Shown one piece after another: positions 1 to 11,073 of a stretch of 64,000 bases of DNA (position 1 is its first letter; every line of letters begins with the position of its first letter). The notes beneath the pieces are model-generated. The model searched no databases, had not been told where the DNA came from, and was given only the letters and a program-made list of their open reading frames with translations. A program made the translations under genes and the position numbers. Source of the stretch: an uncultured Bacilli bacterium (GTDB lineage Bacteria > Bacillota_I > Bacilli_A > RF39 > UBA660); assembly GCA_944358775.1 (NCBI GenBank), contig CALVRU010000002.1, positions 7,138 through 71,137 on the forward strand. Reading direction: 5' to 3'.

Positions 1-1993
1 AGTTTTAACGACTCGAATTGCTTATTTAATCGAAGATAAAAAAGTGAGTCCATATGAAATTTTAGCAATTACGTTTACGAATAAAGCAGCCAAAGAAATG
101 AAAGATCGTCTGATTAAATTAATTGGTGAAGTAGCCAAAAATATTCAAGTATCTACATTTCATTCTTTCGGTTTAAAAATTGTAAGAGAAAATTGTGAGC
201 TTCTAGGATATGATCATAATTTTGTCATATTAGATAGTGATGATACGTTAACCGTCATTAAGAGAATTTTAAAAGAGTTAAATTTAGATCCTAAAATCTA
301 TAATCCAACAGCAATAAAAAATAAAATAAGTGGTTGCAAAAATGAGTTGATCACGCCGGATGGATACGAACGCTTTGCGGTATCTGAATATGAAAAAGTA
401 GTCTTAGAAGTGTATCGGCGATATAGTAAAACGTTAAAACGAAATAATTCATTAGACTTCGATGATTTACTTGTTCTACCATTAAAACTTTTCAAAGAAC
501 ACAAAGAAGTACTTGAAAAATATCAAGATCGCTTTCGCTATGTGTTGATCGATGAATATCAGGATACAAATGAAGCACAATATTTATTATCGAAAATGAT
601 CAGTGCCAAATACAAAAACATTTGTGTAGTAGGAGATCCCGATCAAGCGATTTATTCATGGCGCGGGGCAAATTATAAGAATATTTTAAACTTTGAAAAA
701 GATTATAAAGATAGTACGACGATTTTATTAGAAGAAAATTACCGTTCGACTAAAAATATATTAGATGCTGCGAATTGCGTGATCAAAAATAATCAAGGTC
801 GGAAAGAAAAAAATCTATGGAGTAAAAATGGCGACGGCGACAAGTTAACGTATTATCGTGCCTATGATGAAAGAGAAGAAGCGCAATATGTCATTCGCGA
901 AATAAAAAAAATGTTGACAAATGGTGTGAAAGAAGAAGAAATTGCAGTTTTGTATCGAACCAATGCCCAGTCACGTATTTTAGAAGAAGAATTTTTAAAA
1001 GCAAATTTACCATTTCGTGTAGTAGGTAGTTTTTACTTCTATGCTCGGAAAGAAATTAAAGATTTAATCGCTTATCTACGTTTGATTCATAATGAAAAAG
1101 ACAATGTCTCTCTGCTTCGGATTATTAACACCCCGAAACGAGGAATCGGATTAAAAACCATTCAGAATCTAATTGAGAAAGCAGATCGAGAAGAGACGAG
1201 CATCTATGAAGCAATTACAAATGGAAAAGAACTAGAATTTAAAAAGATCATCGAAGATTTGAAAAAAGTAAGCGATAGTGTTACCTTAACTGAATTAGTC
1301 GACAAAGTATTGGATGCATCTGGTATGAAAAAAGAACTAGAAAACGAAAAGAGTCTAGAAGCTGATATTCGTCTTGAAAACTTAGAGGAGTTTAAATCGA
1401 TCACCAAATCATTTGAAGAACGAGAAGGGGTTATTTCTCTAGAAGATTTCTTACTAGAAGTAAGTTTAGTAAGTGATGTGGAAGAATATAAAGATGGTCA
1501 CGATCGAATTAGTCTAATGACCGTTCATTCTGTAAAAGGATTAGAGTTTGATAATGTATTTGTCGTCGGTTTAGAAGAAGGAATTTTTCCCCATATGAAT
1601 TCTTTAATGGATTCGCAACAACTAGAAGAGGAACGAAGACTTTGTTATGTGGCAATTACGAGAGCGCGTAAAAAATTATATTTAGTAAATGCTCGTCGTC
1701 GGGTTTTATTCGGAAAAGATCAAGTCAATCCAGCCAGCCGGTTTATTCAAGAAATCGATAGTAATTTAGTAGAAAGCAATCAGAAGGAGGAGAAAAAAGA
1801 AGAAAAATTTGATAAAACCGAAACAATTCGGGAAGAAGCAATCGACTATCAAGTCGGTGATTATGTTTATCACGAAGTGTTTGGTGCAGGTAGAGTAGTT
1901 GAAGTAAGTGGTTCCCTTGTCAGTGTCGCATTTAAAATGCCGCACGGAATAAAAAAATTGATGAAAAATCATAAAAGCCTTTCAAAGGTATAG
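1..1993 (+). CDS. pcrA: ATP-dependent DNA helicase PcrA/UvrD; the 5' end lies upstream of the window
   Basis: ORF 44..1993 is open to the window edge. The motif ILAITFTNKAAKEM matches UvrD/PcrA helicase motif Ia, followed by the rest of the SF1 helicase core (DEYQDTN, VGDPDQAIYSWRGA). The pcrA-ligA neighbourhood is typical of Bacillota. Confidence 0.85.
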   Translation, partial: VLTTRIAYLIEDKKVSPYEILAITFTNKAAKEMKDRLIKLIGEVAKNIQVSTFHSFGLKIVRENCELLGYDHNFVILDSDDTLTVIKRILKELNLDPKIYNPTAIKNKISGCKNELITPDGYERFAVSEYEKVVLEVYRRYSKTLKRNNSLDFDDLLVLPLKLFKEHKEVLEKYQDRFRYVLIDEYQDTNEAQYLLSKMISAKYKNICVVGDPDQAIYSWRGANYKNILNFEKDYKDSTTILLEENYRSTKNILDAANCVIKNNQGRKEKNLWSKNGDGDKLTYYRAYDEREEAQYVIREIKKMLTNGVKEEEIAVLYRTNAQSRILEEEFLKANLPFRVVGSFYFYARKEIKDLIAYLRLIHNEKDNVSLLRIINTPKRGIGLKTIQNLIEKADREETSIYEAITNGKELEFKKIIEDLKKVSDSVTLTELVDKVLDASGMKKELENEKSLEADIRLENLEEFKSITKSFEEREGVISLEDFLLEVSLVSDVEEYKDGHDRISLMTVHSVKGLEFDNVFVVGLEEGIFPHMNSLMDSQQLEEERRLCYVAITRARKKLYLVNARRRVLFGKDQVNPASRFIQEIDSNLVESNQKEEKKEEKFDKTETIREEAIDYQVGDYVYHEVFGAGRVVEVSGSLVSVAFKMPHGIKKLMKNHKSLSKV

Positions 1994-2000
1994 GAGGAAA

Positions 2001-2909
2001 ATGAAAGATATTACATTACTGATTATGGCTGCTGGAATGGGAAGTCGTTTCGGCGGGTTAAAACAAATTGAACCAGTTGGTCCAAATCAAGAATTTATTA
2101 TTGATTATTCAGTCTATGATGCTGTGCAAAGTGGATTTACCAAAATCGTATTTGTAATCAAAAAAGAAAATGAAGAAATTTTCAAAGAAACGATCGGCAA
2201 AAGAATTGAAAAACAAATAAAAGTAGAATATGTTTTCCAGGATATTAACGATCTTCCAGACGGTATAAAAGCACCAGCCGGAAGAGTCAAACCGTGGGGA
2301 ACAGCTCATGCTATACTAGCAGCCAAAGATAAGATAAAAGAACCTTTTGCAATTATCAATTCTGATGATTTCTATGGGAGAGAATCTTTTGTCACATTAG
2401 CGAAATTCTTAAAAGAAAGAGCAACGGATCATAATTTTGCGATGGTCGGATACAAAATTAGCAATACTTTAACAGAGAACGGTTCCGTAAAACGTGGTAT
2501 CTGCGAAGTGGAAAACGGATATTTAAAAAATATTACAGAGTGCATCGTCGAACGCCAAGAAGAAAAAATTGTTGCCCAACCATTGGATGGATCCAATTCG
2601 ATCGAATTGCAAAAAGACGATCCTGTATCGATGAATATGTTTGGGTTTACCCCGTTTATCTTTGATTATATTACGGAAAAAATGAAAAGTTTTTTCGTAA
2701 CCCATCAAAAAAATTTAGATACGTGTGAATTTTTAATACCAGATGTAATAAAAGACGGTATTTTGGAGAAAAAAATAGAAATGGAAGTTCTACCTACCAA
2801 TGCCAAATGGCAAGGCGTAACTTATAAAGAAGATAAACCGCAAGTTGTAAAAGAGATCCAAGAATTGATCGAAAATAATGTTTATCCACAAAAATTGTGG
2901 AGATCTTAA
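2001..2909 (+). CDS. NTP-transferase domain protein (sugar-phosphate nucleotidyltransferase-like)
   Basis: The N-terminal LIMAAGMGSRFGGLKQ is the glycine-rich nucleotide-binding signature of the sugar nucleotidyltransferase / MobA-like fold. The RBS is AGGAGG with 6 nt spacing. Confidence 0.55.
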   Translation: MKDITLLIMAAGMGSRFGGLKQIEPVGPNQEFIIDYSVYDAVQSGFTKIVFVIKKENEEIFKETIGKRIEKQIKVEYVFQDINDLPDGIKAPAGRVKPWGTAHAILAAKDKIKEPFAIINSDDFYGRESFVTLAKFLKERATDHNFAMVGYKISNTLTENGSVKRGICEVENGYLKNITECIVERQEEKIVAQPLDGSNSIELQKDDPVSMNMFGFTPFIFDYITEKMKSFFVTHQKNLDTCEFLIPDVIKDGILEKKIEMEVLPTNAKWQGVTYKEDKPQVVKEIQELIENNVYPQKLWRS

Positions 2910-2999
2910 AAGGCGAGAAATAGAAATAACCAAAGACAAGAGATTCTTCTTTTGTTTTGGAAAAATTGTGATTTATAAAAGAATTCTAGTTTTGTTAAA

Positions 3000-3512
3000 G
3001 TGCTTCCTGGAGGTGATTTGGTTGAGCCAAGTCGAAGTAGAAGAAGTACTTATGGAAATGACAAAGAAGAACATTTTTTATACAGTGAGCATATTACGAT
3101 CTATCATATCGATCTAGAAAAAATCAGGAAGAAGTATTATAATAAAGACAAAGAGATAGATCAGTTTGAGAAAGAGATACTGTTACTAATGGAGACAGAT
3201 AAAGAAGTATTAAGCGAACTATCGAAAGGAGATGAGACGATGGAAGAAGCGAAGAAGAAGCTAGAGGACTTATCGAATGGAGAGTTATTTACGGAATACG
3301 AAAGAGAACAAATGAAGGAAGCGGAAGAACGAGCGATCAAGCGATACGAATTAAAGATGGCGCGAGAGGAAGGACTGAAACAAGGAAAAGAAGAAGGACT
3401 GGAACAAGGGAAATTAGAGACAGCGAAGAAGTTGAAAGAACAAGGGATCGATTGGAATATCATCGCTGTTTGTACAGACTTATCTCTTAAGAAAATCGAA
3501 GAGATCAAATAA
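3000..3512 (+). pseudogene. C-terminal fragment of an Rpn-family (PD-(D/E)XK nuclease / putative transposase) protein; the nuclease domain is missing
   Basis: The C-terminus EEGLKQGKEEGLEQGKLETAKKLKEQGIDWNIIAVCTDLSLKKIEEIK matches the characteristic Rpn/YhgA-like tail (EGxxxG repeats, then an IA..LL..G...I...TGLS..EI..L helix). The ORF is only 170 aa, has no convincing start codon or RBS, and lacks the N-terminal nuclease core. Confidence 0.45.
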
Positions 3513-3553
3513 GATTTCTTCTTTTTCTTTTTTCTTAAAAAATGATATAATAG

Positions 3554-5580
<2,027 letters not shown>

Positions 5581-5918
5581 GACAAGAAAAGATAGAATCA
5601 AATACAGAAATAAAAACGAAGAAGTGAAAAATAAATGTCAAAATAATGTCAAAAAAGAAAAAGTGAACAATTGAAAAGAAACAATATAACAATATAGAAA
5701 TCGACCGGAAGCGACAATTTTTGTCAGAGAGGCAAAAATGTCATCAAAAAAGCACTGTAAATAAATGTGTACAAAAAAGTAAACGGAAAAAATAGAAGTG
5801 TCAAATAAAACAAGTGGAATGATCTGTCATTATGATTTGTTTCGTTGCTTGTATCTGTTATAAAATATGTTACAATAAAAATGTCAAACAAAACAGTTTG
5901 AAAGAAGGAGTGAAGAAG

Positions 5919-6770
5919 ATGACGAAAGGAGATATTTATACAAAAGAAATCATCACGCGTATTTTAGAAGAAGGCTGCTGGGATCAAGATCCGCGACCAA
6001 AATACGCGGATGGGACAAAGGCGCATACCCTAAGTGTGAATCACGGTATGTGTACATATGATCTTGCCAAAGGAGAAATTCCATTGATTACACTAAGACC
6101 CATTGCCACGAAAAGTAGCATTGGGGAGTTACTATGGATTTATCAAGATGAATCGAACGATTTAAATGTTCTTCGCGATAAATACGGTGTTACTTGGTGG
6201 GATGAATGGGATATTGGTAATCGTACGATTGGAAGTGTGTATGGAGAAACTGTAAGAAGACACAATCTCATGAAAAATTTATTGCAAGGATTGAAAGAAA
6301 ATCCAGATGGGCGTAGACACATCATAAATCTTTGGCAAGAAAGTGATTTTCTAGAGCCTCACGGCCTCAAGCCATGTGCTTTTCTAACCGAATGGAATGT
6401 TCGACATGGCCAAGATGGAATGGATTATTTAGACATGTGTTTAGTACAAAGAAGTAGTGATTTTCTAACAGCAGGGTGTATTAATCAAGTTCAATATGTC
6501 GTCCTTCAATACTTGGTAGCGCGTCATCTAAATCTGCGCCCAGGGCGGTTTACTTGGTTCTATAACAATATTCAAATTTATGATCGTCATCTCGATCAGG
6601 CTCATGAATTATTACAAAGAGATGGTATCGAATGCCAGCCGAAGATTGTATTAAATGAAGAAAAACAAAATTTCTATGATTTTCAAGTAGAAGATGTGCA
6701 AATTGTTGATTATCCGAAAGAATTGATTAAAAAGAAAAATCCTCAATTAAAATTTGAGATTGGAATTTAA
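5919..6770 (+). CDS. thyA: thymidylate synthase ThyA
   Basis: ThyA family motifs are present (SIGELLWIYQD, catalytic-site region PCAFLTEWNV, RSSD). The start is the ATG at 5919, 6 nt after GAAGGAG. The longer ORF from 5832 has no RBS. Confidence 0.85.
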   Translation: MTKGDIYTKEIITRILEEGCWDQDPRPKYADGTKAHTLSVNHGMCTYDLAKGEIPLITLRPIATKSSIGELLWIYQDESNDLNVLRDKYGVTWWDEWDIGNRTIGSVYGETVRRHNLMKNLLQGLKENPDGRRHIINLWQESDFLEPHGLKPCAFLTEWNVRHGQDGMDYLDMCLVQRSSDFLTAGCINQVQYVVLQYLVARHLNLRPGRFTWFYNNIQIYDRHLDQAHELLQRDGIECQPKIVLNEEKQNFYDFQVEDVQIVDYPKELIKKKNPQLKFEIGI

Positions 6771-6771
6771 T

Positions 6772-7263
6772 ATGATCAATTTAACATTAATTGCCGCGAT
6801 CGGAGAAAATTATGAATTAGGAAAAGGAAATCAATTAATTTGGCATATCCCGGAAGATATGAAATTTTTTAAAGAAAATACAATCAATAAACCAATTGTA
6901 ATGGGAAGAAAAACGTTGGAATCCCTCCCACGATTATTACCGAAACGAAAACATCTCGTATTAACACATCAAAGTCTCCCAACTACCCAAGATATAGAAG
7001 TATTCCATGAGTTAGAAACACTATTAAAATATCTAGAAATACAAGATCAAGAAGCGATGGTAATCGGCGGTGCTCAAGTATACAAACAATTATTGCCTTA
7101 TGCCAATAAAATGTTATTAACGAAAATTGCAAGTAGTGCGAAAGCCGATGTTTATTTTCCAAAATTCTCAGAAGATGAATGGACGGAAGAAGTACTAAGT
7201 ACGCATACTTACCAAGAAATCCCATATAAACATCTTGTATATTATCGTAAAAAAGAAAAGTAG
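6772..7263 (+). CDS. folA: dihydrofolate reductase
   Basis: MINLTLIAAIGENYELG...IVMGRKTLESLP is the canonical DHFR N-terminus. It is adjacent to thyA with the start overlapping the thyA stop (ATTTAATATG), the classic thyA-folA pair. Confidence 0.85.
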   Translation: MINLTLIAAIGENYELGKGNQLIWHIPEDMKFFKENTINKPIVMGRKTLESLPRLLPKRKHLVLTHQSLPTTQDIEVFHELETLLKYLEIQDQEAMVIGGAQVYKQLLPYANKMLLTKIASSAKADVYFPKFSEDEWTEEVLSTHTYQEIPYKHLVYYRKKEK

Positions 7264-7394
7264 GCGTCGAGCCTCTTTTTTGTTTGAAAGGACTTTGGCC
7301 CTATGTGAAAATCTTTCCATTTTGCCTAAATTTTGCTATAATAGGAAAGAATTATGTTATAATAAAAAATACGTTTAGAAAGGACGGAAGAAGA

Positions 7395-7691
7395 ATGGAA
7401 AAATTGTCCAAAGAAGAAGTCTTACATGTTGCAAGGCTCGCCCGAATTAGCATTAGTGATGAAAATACACTTGAAAAATATCAATATCAATTAAAAGAGT
7501 TATTAGATAATATCGATAAAATTAAAGAAGTAAAAGGGTATGATGAAGAATTGATGTTTTCACCAGTCGATCATCAAGCATCATTACAAGAAGATGTCCC
7601 AGGTGAGATGTTGAGTTTTCAAGAAGTCAAAAAAAACACCCCACATATGAAGGGGAATTTTGTGGAAGTGCCGGTGATGATCAATGAGTAA
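7395..7691 (+). CDS. gatC: Asp-tRNA(Asn)/Glu-tRNA(Gln) amidotransferase subunit C
   Basis: MEKLSKEEVLHVARLARISISDENTL is a GatC-like N-terminus. The internal ATG at 7395 follows GGAAGAAGA. The gene overlaps the gatA start, in gatCAB order. Confidence 0.8.
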   Translation: MEKLSKEEVLHVARLARISISDENTLEKYQYQLKELLDNIDKIKEVKGYDEELMFSPVDHQASLQEDVPGEMLSFQEVKKNTPHMKGNFVEVPVMINE

Positions 7692-9135
7692 CTATCTCGA
7701 TTTAAGTATTCAAGAGATCAATAATTTGTTGAAAAAAAAGGAGATTACTCCCGTCGATCTTGTCGAAGAATGTTTTCGAAGAATCGAAAGTAACGAAGAT
7801 TTAAATGCATTTATTACATTAAATAAAGAACAAGCTTTGGAAGAGGCGAAAGCGCTTGCCGATGTCGAAGTAGACAATTTATTGTTTGGTCTTCCGATTG
7901 CGGTGAAAGATAATATCGTAACAAAAGATTTAAGAACGACCTGTGCTTCCAAAATGTTAGAGAATTTTGTGCCAATTTACGATGCGACGGTGGTGGAAAA
8001 GATAAAAGCCAAACACATGATTATTGTCGGTAAGGCAAACATGGACGAATTTGCCATGGGATCGACTTCGCAGACCAGTTATTTTGGTTCCCCACGTAAT
8101 CCGTGGAATAAAAACTGTATTGCGGGAGGATCTTCTGGTGGTAGTGCTGCAATTGTCGCTGCCCGTCTTACGCCATTTGCCTTAGGAAGTGATACGGGGG
8201 GAAGCATTCGGCAACCTGCTTCTTACTGTGGCTTAGTAGGAATGAAACCGACGTATGGTAGAGTTTCTCGTTATGGCTTAGTTGCTTTTGCTTCAAGTCT
8301 CGATCAAATTGGTCCGATGACTCGTAACGTTTATGAAAATGCGCTCTTATTAAACGCGATTTCTGGTCATGATGATAAAGATTTAACGAGTTCTTATAAC
8401 CAAGTAGAAGATTATACAAGATTGATCGGCAAAGAGATTAAAGGCATGAAAATAGCTGTTCCGAATTATTTTATGAGTGACATTGTAGACTCGGAAATTC
8501 AAGATAAAGTAAGAGAAGTAATCGAATGTTTAAAACAAAATGGAGCAACCGTCGATTATATTGATATCGACTATGTGGAAAATGCTGTAACGCTTTATCA
8601 AATTATTGCCATGGGTGAAGCGAGCAGCAATCTAGCCCGTTTTGATGGAGTTCGTTTTGGTTATAGTGCTCCGGATGCCCAAAATGTCGAAGAGCTCTAT
8701 TTAAAAACAAGAGAAACCGGATTTGGAGATGAGGTCAAACGTCGTATTATGGTCGGTAGTTATTTACTAAGTGGTGAAAATGCGGTTACTTATTATAATA
8801 AAGCTTTATCGATTCGCGATGATATGCGTAAAAGTTTTAGGAAAGCATTTCAAACGTACGATCTGATCATTGGTCCGACTACGACAACGGTTGCTTATTC
8901 ATTAGGCCAAGATCTCGATGATCCAATGAAATCTTTTATGGATGATGTTTTAGTCATACCGGTTAATATGGCTGGACTTCCTGGTATGAATATACCGATT
9001 GGAATGAACCAAGATCACATGCCGATTGGACTTCATATTATCGGAAATCAATTCGAGGAAGCAAAGATGTATCAATTAGCTTCGTTCTTAGAAAAAGAAC
9101 TAAATCTTGACCTCGATCGAAAGGAGCGATCATAA
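7684..9135 (+). CDS. gatA: Glu-tRNA(Gln) amidotransferase subunit A
   Basis: It has the amidase signature (GGSSGGSAAIVAA...GSDTGGSIRQPA) and is 483 aa. Confidence 0.9.
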   Translation: MSNYLDLSIQEINNLLKKKEITPVDLVEECFRRIESNEDLNAFITLNKEQALEEAKALADVEVDNLLFGLPIAVKDNIVTKDLRTTCASKMLENFVPIYDATVVEKIKAKHMIIVGKANMDEFAMGSTSQTSYFGSPRNPWNKNCIAGGSSGGSAAIVAARLTPFALGSDTGGSIRQPASYCGLVGMKPTYGRVSRYGLVAFASSLDQIGPMTRNVYENALLLNAISGHDDKDLTSSYNQVEDYTRLIGKEIKGMKIAVPNYFMSDIVDSEIQDKVREVIECLKQNGATVDYIDIDYVENAVTLYQIIAMGEASSNLARFDGVRFGYSAPDAQNVEELYLKTRETGFGDEVKRRIMVGSYLLSGENAVTYYNKALSIRDDMRKSFRKAFQTYDLIIGPTTTTVAYSLGQDLDDPMKSFMDDVLVIPVNMAGLPGMNIPIGMNQDHMPIGLHIIGNQFEEAKMYQLASFLEKELNLDLDRKERS

Positions 9136-10550
9136 TGGAATATCAGACCACGATTGGAATTGAAGTGCATTGTGAATTAAAAACGAATACAAAAATGTTT
9201 TCAAGTGCTAAAAATGGGTATGGAACGACCGCGAACAGCTATGTAAACATTATCGATTTAGGTTATCCGGGCGCTCTTCCAATTATCAATAAAGGAGCTA
9301 TCGAGTTAGCTCTTCGCGCCGCTTTAGTTCTAAACTGTGAAATCAATAAAAAGATGCATTTTGATCGCAAAAATTATTTTTATCCCGATTTGCCAAAAGG
9401 TTATCAAATAACCCAGGCAAGAACGCCAATTGGTATTCACGGTTATGTTGAAATCGATACCCCAAATGGCAAAAAGAAAATCGGTATTCATGATATTCAC
9501 ATTGAAGAAGATACAGCCAAAAGTATTCATACGGCTGAAAGCTCGCTTCTTGACTTCAATCGCGCCGGTGTTCCGTTAATTGAAATTGTCACCGAACCAG
9601 ATATGAATACGAAAGAAGAAGCGATGGCATATGTCGAAAAATTAAGAGAACTATTACTATATGCGAATATTTCGGATTGTAAAATCGAAGAGGGCAGTAT
9701 GCGATGTGACGTCAATGTTTCGATCAGTAAAACAGAAAAATTAGGAACGCGGGCTGAAATCAAGAATATTGGTTCCATTTCTAACATCGGTTTAGCGATT
9801 CAAAAAGAAGTAGAAAGACAACAAGAGATTTATGAAAATGGTGGAACGATTCAAGAGGAAACACGTCGGTTTGATGAGAAAAAAGGAAAGACGGTTTTAA
9901 TGCGAGTCAAAGAAACCGGAAATGATTATCGCTATTTCCCAGAACCGGATATTCCATATGTCGTATTAACGGAAGAAGAAATTGAATCGGTAAAGAGGAT
10001 GATCCCGATTTTACCGAATGTTCGTCGTGATTTTTATAAAGCACACGGAATGAGCGATATCAACAGCGATAAATTGATTCAAAATCGTCCATTAAGTGAT
10101 TACTTATTGAAGGCGAAAGAAAATCTGGATTATGTCATTGCAAGTAATTTATTACTAGGAGATATCAGTGCTTATTTAAACAAAGAGCACAAAGAAATAG
10201 AAGAAACTATGTTGACAATCGAGAAATTCGAATCACTAGTGGACAAACTAGCGAGTAAAGAGATTACCAGTAAAATTGAAAAAGAAATTTTAGTAGATCT
10301 TTTAGAAAAGCCGATGAGTGTTGAGGAAGCACTTAAGGAACATCATCTTACCCTCGTCAACGATACGAAAGTTCTAGAAGAGATCGTAACGAATATAATA
10401 AAGCAAAATCAAGAGTCTGTTCAAGATTATAAAAATGGTAAAGATCGGGCCTTAAAATACCTAATGGGACAAATTATGAAAGAGACCAAAGGAACAGCCA
10501 ATCCGGTCTTGGTAAACGAATTATTAATTCACCTACTAAACGAAGAATAG
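9135..10550 (+). CDS. gatB: Asp-tRNA(Asn)/Glu-tRNA(Gln) amidotransferase subunit B
   Basis: The GatB N-terminus TIGIEVHCELKTNTKMFS and the C-terminal GatB/YqeY domain are present. The start overlaps the gatA stop. Confidence 0.9.
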   Translation: MEYQTTIGIEVHCELKTNTKMFSSAKNGYGTTANSYVNIIDLGYPGALPIINKGAIELALRAALVLNCEINKKMHFDRKNYFYPDLPKGYQITQARTPIGIHGYVEIDTPNGKKKIGIHDIHIEEDTAKSIHTAESSLLDFNRAGVPLIEIVTEPDMNTKEEAMAYVEKLRELLLYANISDCKIEEGSMRCDVNVSISKTEKLGTRAEIKNIGSISNIGLAIQKEVERQQEIYENGGTIQEETRRFDEKKGKTVLMRVKETGNDYRYFPEPDIPYVVLTEEEIESVKRMIPILPNVRRDFYKAHGMSDINSDKLIQNRPLSDYLLKAKENLDYVIASNLLLGDISAYLNKEHKEIEETMLTIEKFESLVDKLASKEITSKIEKEILVDLLEKPMSVEEALKEHHLTLVNDTKVLEEIVTNIIKQNQESVQDYKNGKDRALKYLMGQIMKETKGTANPVLVNELLIHLLNEE

Positions 10551-10608
10551 TTTGCCACAATAAAAAAGTTATTGTATAATAGAAATACAATACGATAGGA
10601 GTGTTGAT

Positions 10609-11073
10609 ATGAAAGTAATCAAAGAACATAAAATTATGGTAATCGTCATTGTACTATTTATTTTATTGGTTATTGTTGCATCGAGCGTATATACTTTGCT
10701 TGTACCAAGTAATGGAAAACCGATCTATGGAGACCGTCTCGATGGAAAAGATGCCGTCGCTGTTTCTCAAGAAACATATGAACAGGTAAAACAGAAATTA
10801 AAAGAAGATACAATCGTGAGTAATGTCGAAATTGATGAACGGGGACGCCTTATCAATGTCATTGTCACAGTGACAGCCGATACTACTTTAGATGCTGCGA
10901 AAGCATTGGCACCACGTGTATTAGAGAGTTTTACAGACGCTCAAAAAGGATATTTTGATTTTCAAGTCTTAATCAAAAAAGAGGATGAAAGCAAAACCGA
11001 TTTCCCGATTATCGGTTATCGGCATCATGACCGCCAAGACTTTACCTGGACGAAAGATCGGGTGAGTGAATAA
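10609..11073 (+). CDS. hypothetical membrane-anchored protein
   Basis: An N-terminal TM helix is followed by a soluble domain. The gene is translationally coupled (ATGA) to the downstream GGDEF gene. Confidence 0.5.
   Translation: MKVIKEHKIMVIVIVLFILLVIVASSVYTLLVPSNGKPIYGDRLDGKDAVAVSQETYEQVKQKLKEDTIVSNVEIDERGRLINVIVTVTADTTLDAAKALAPRVLESFTDAQKGYFDFQVLIKKEDESKTDFPIIGYRHHDRQDFTWTKDRVSE

Noticed and set aside
3161-3508. A Ser-rich 115-aa ORF on the minus strand.
   Set aside because: It is the mirror image of the E/K-rich plus-strand Rpn remnant (GAA/AAG read in antisense) and has no RBS.
5630-5890. A CRISPR array or tandem repeat upstream of thyA.
   Set aside because: The repeats are only 8-12 nt and irregularly spaced, with no repeat-spacer periodicity. 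They are reported instead as a possible regulator-site cluster.
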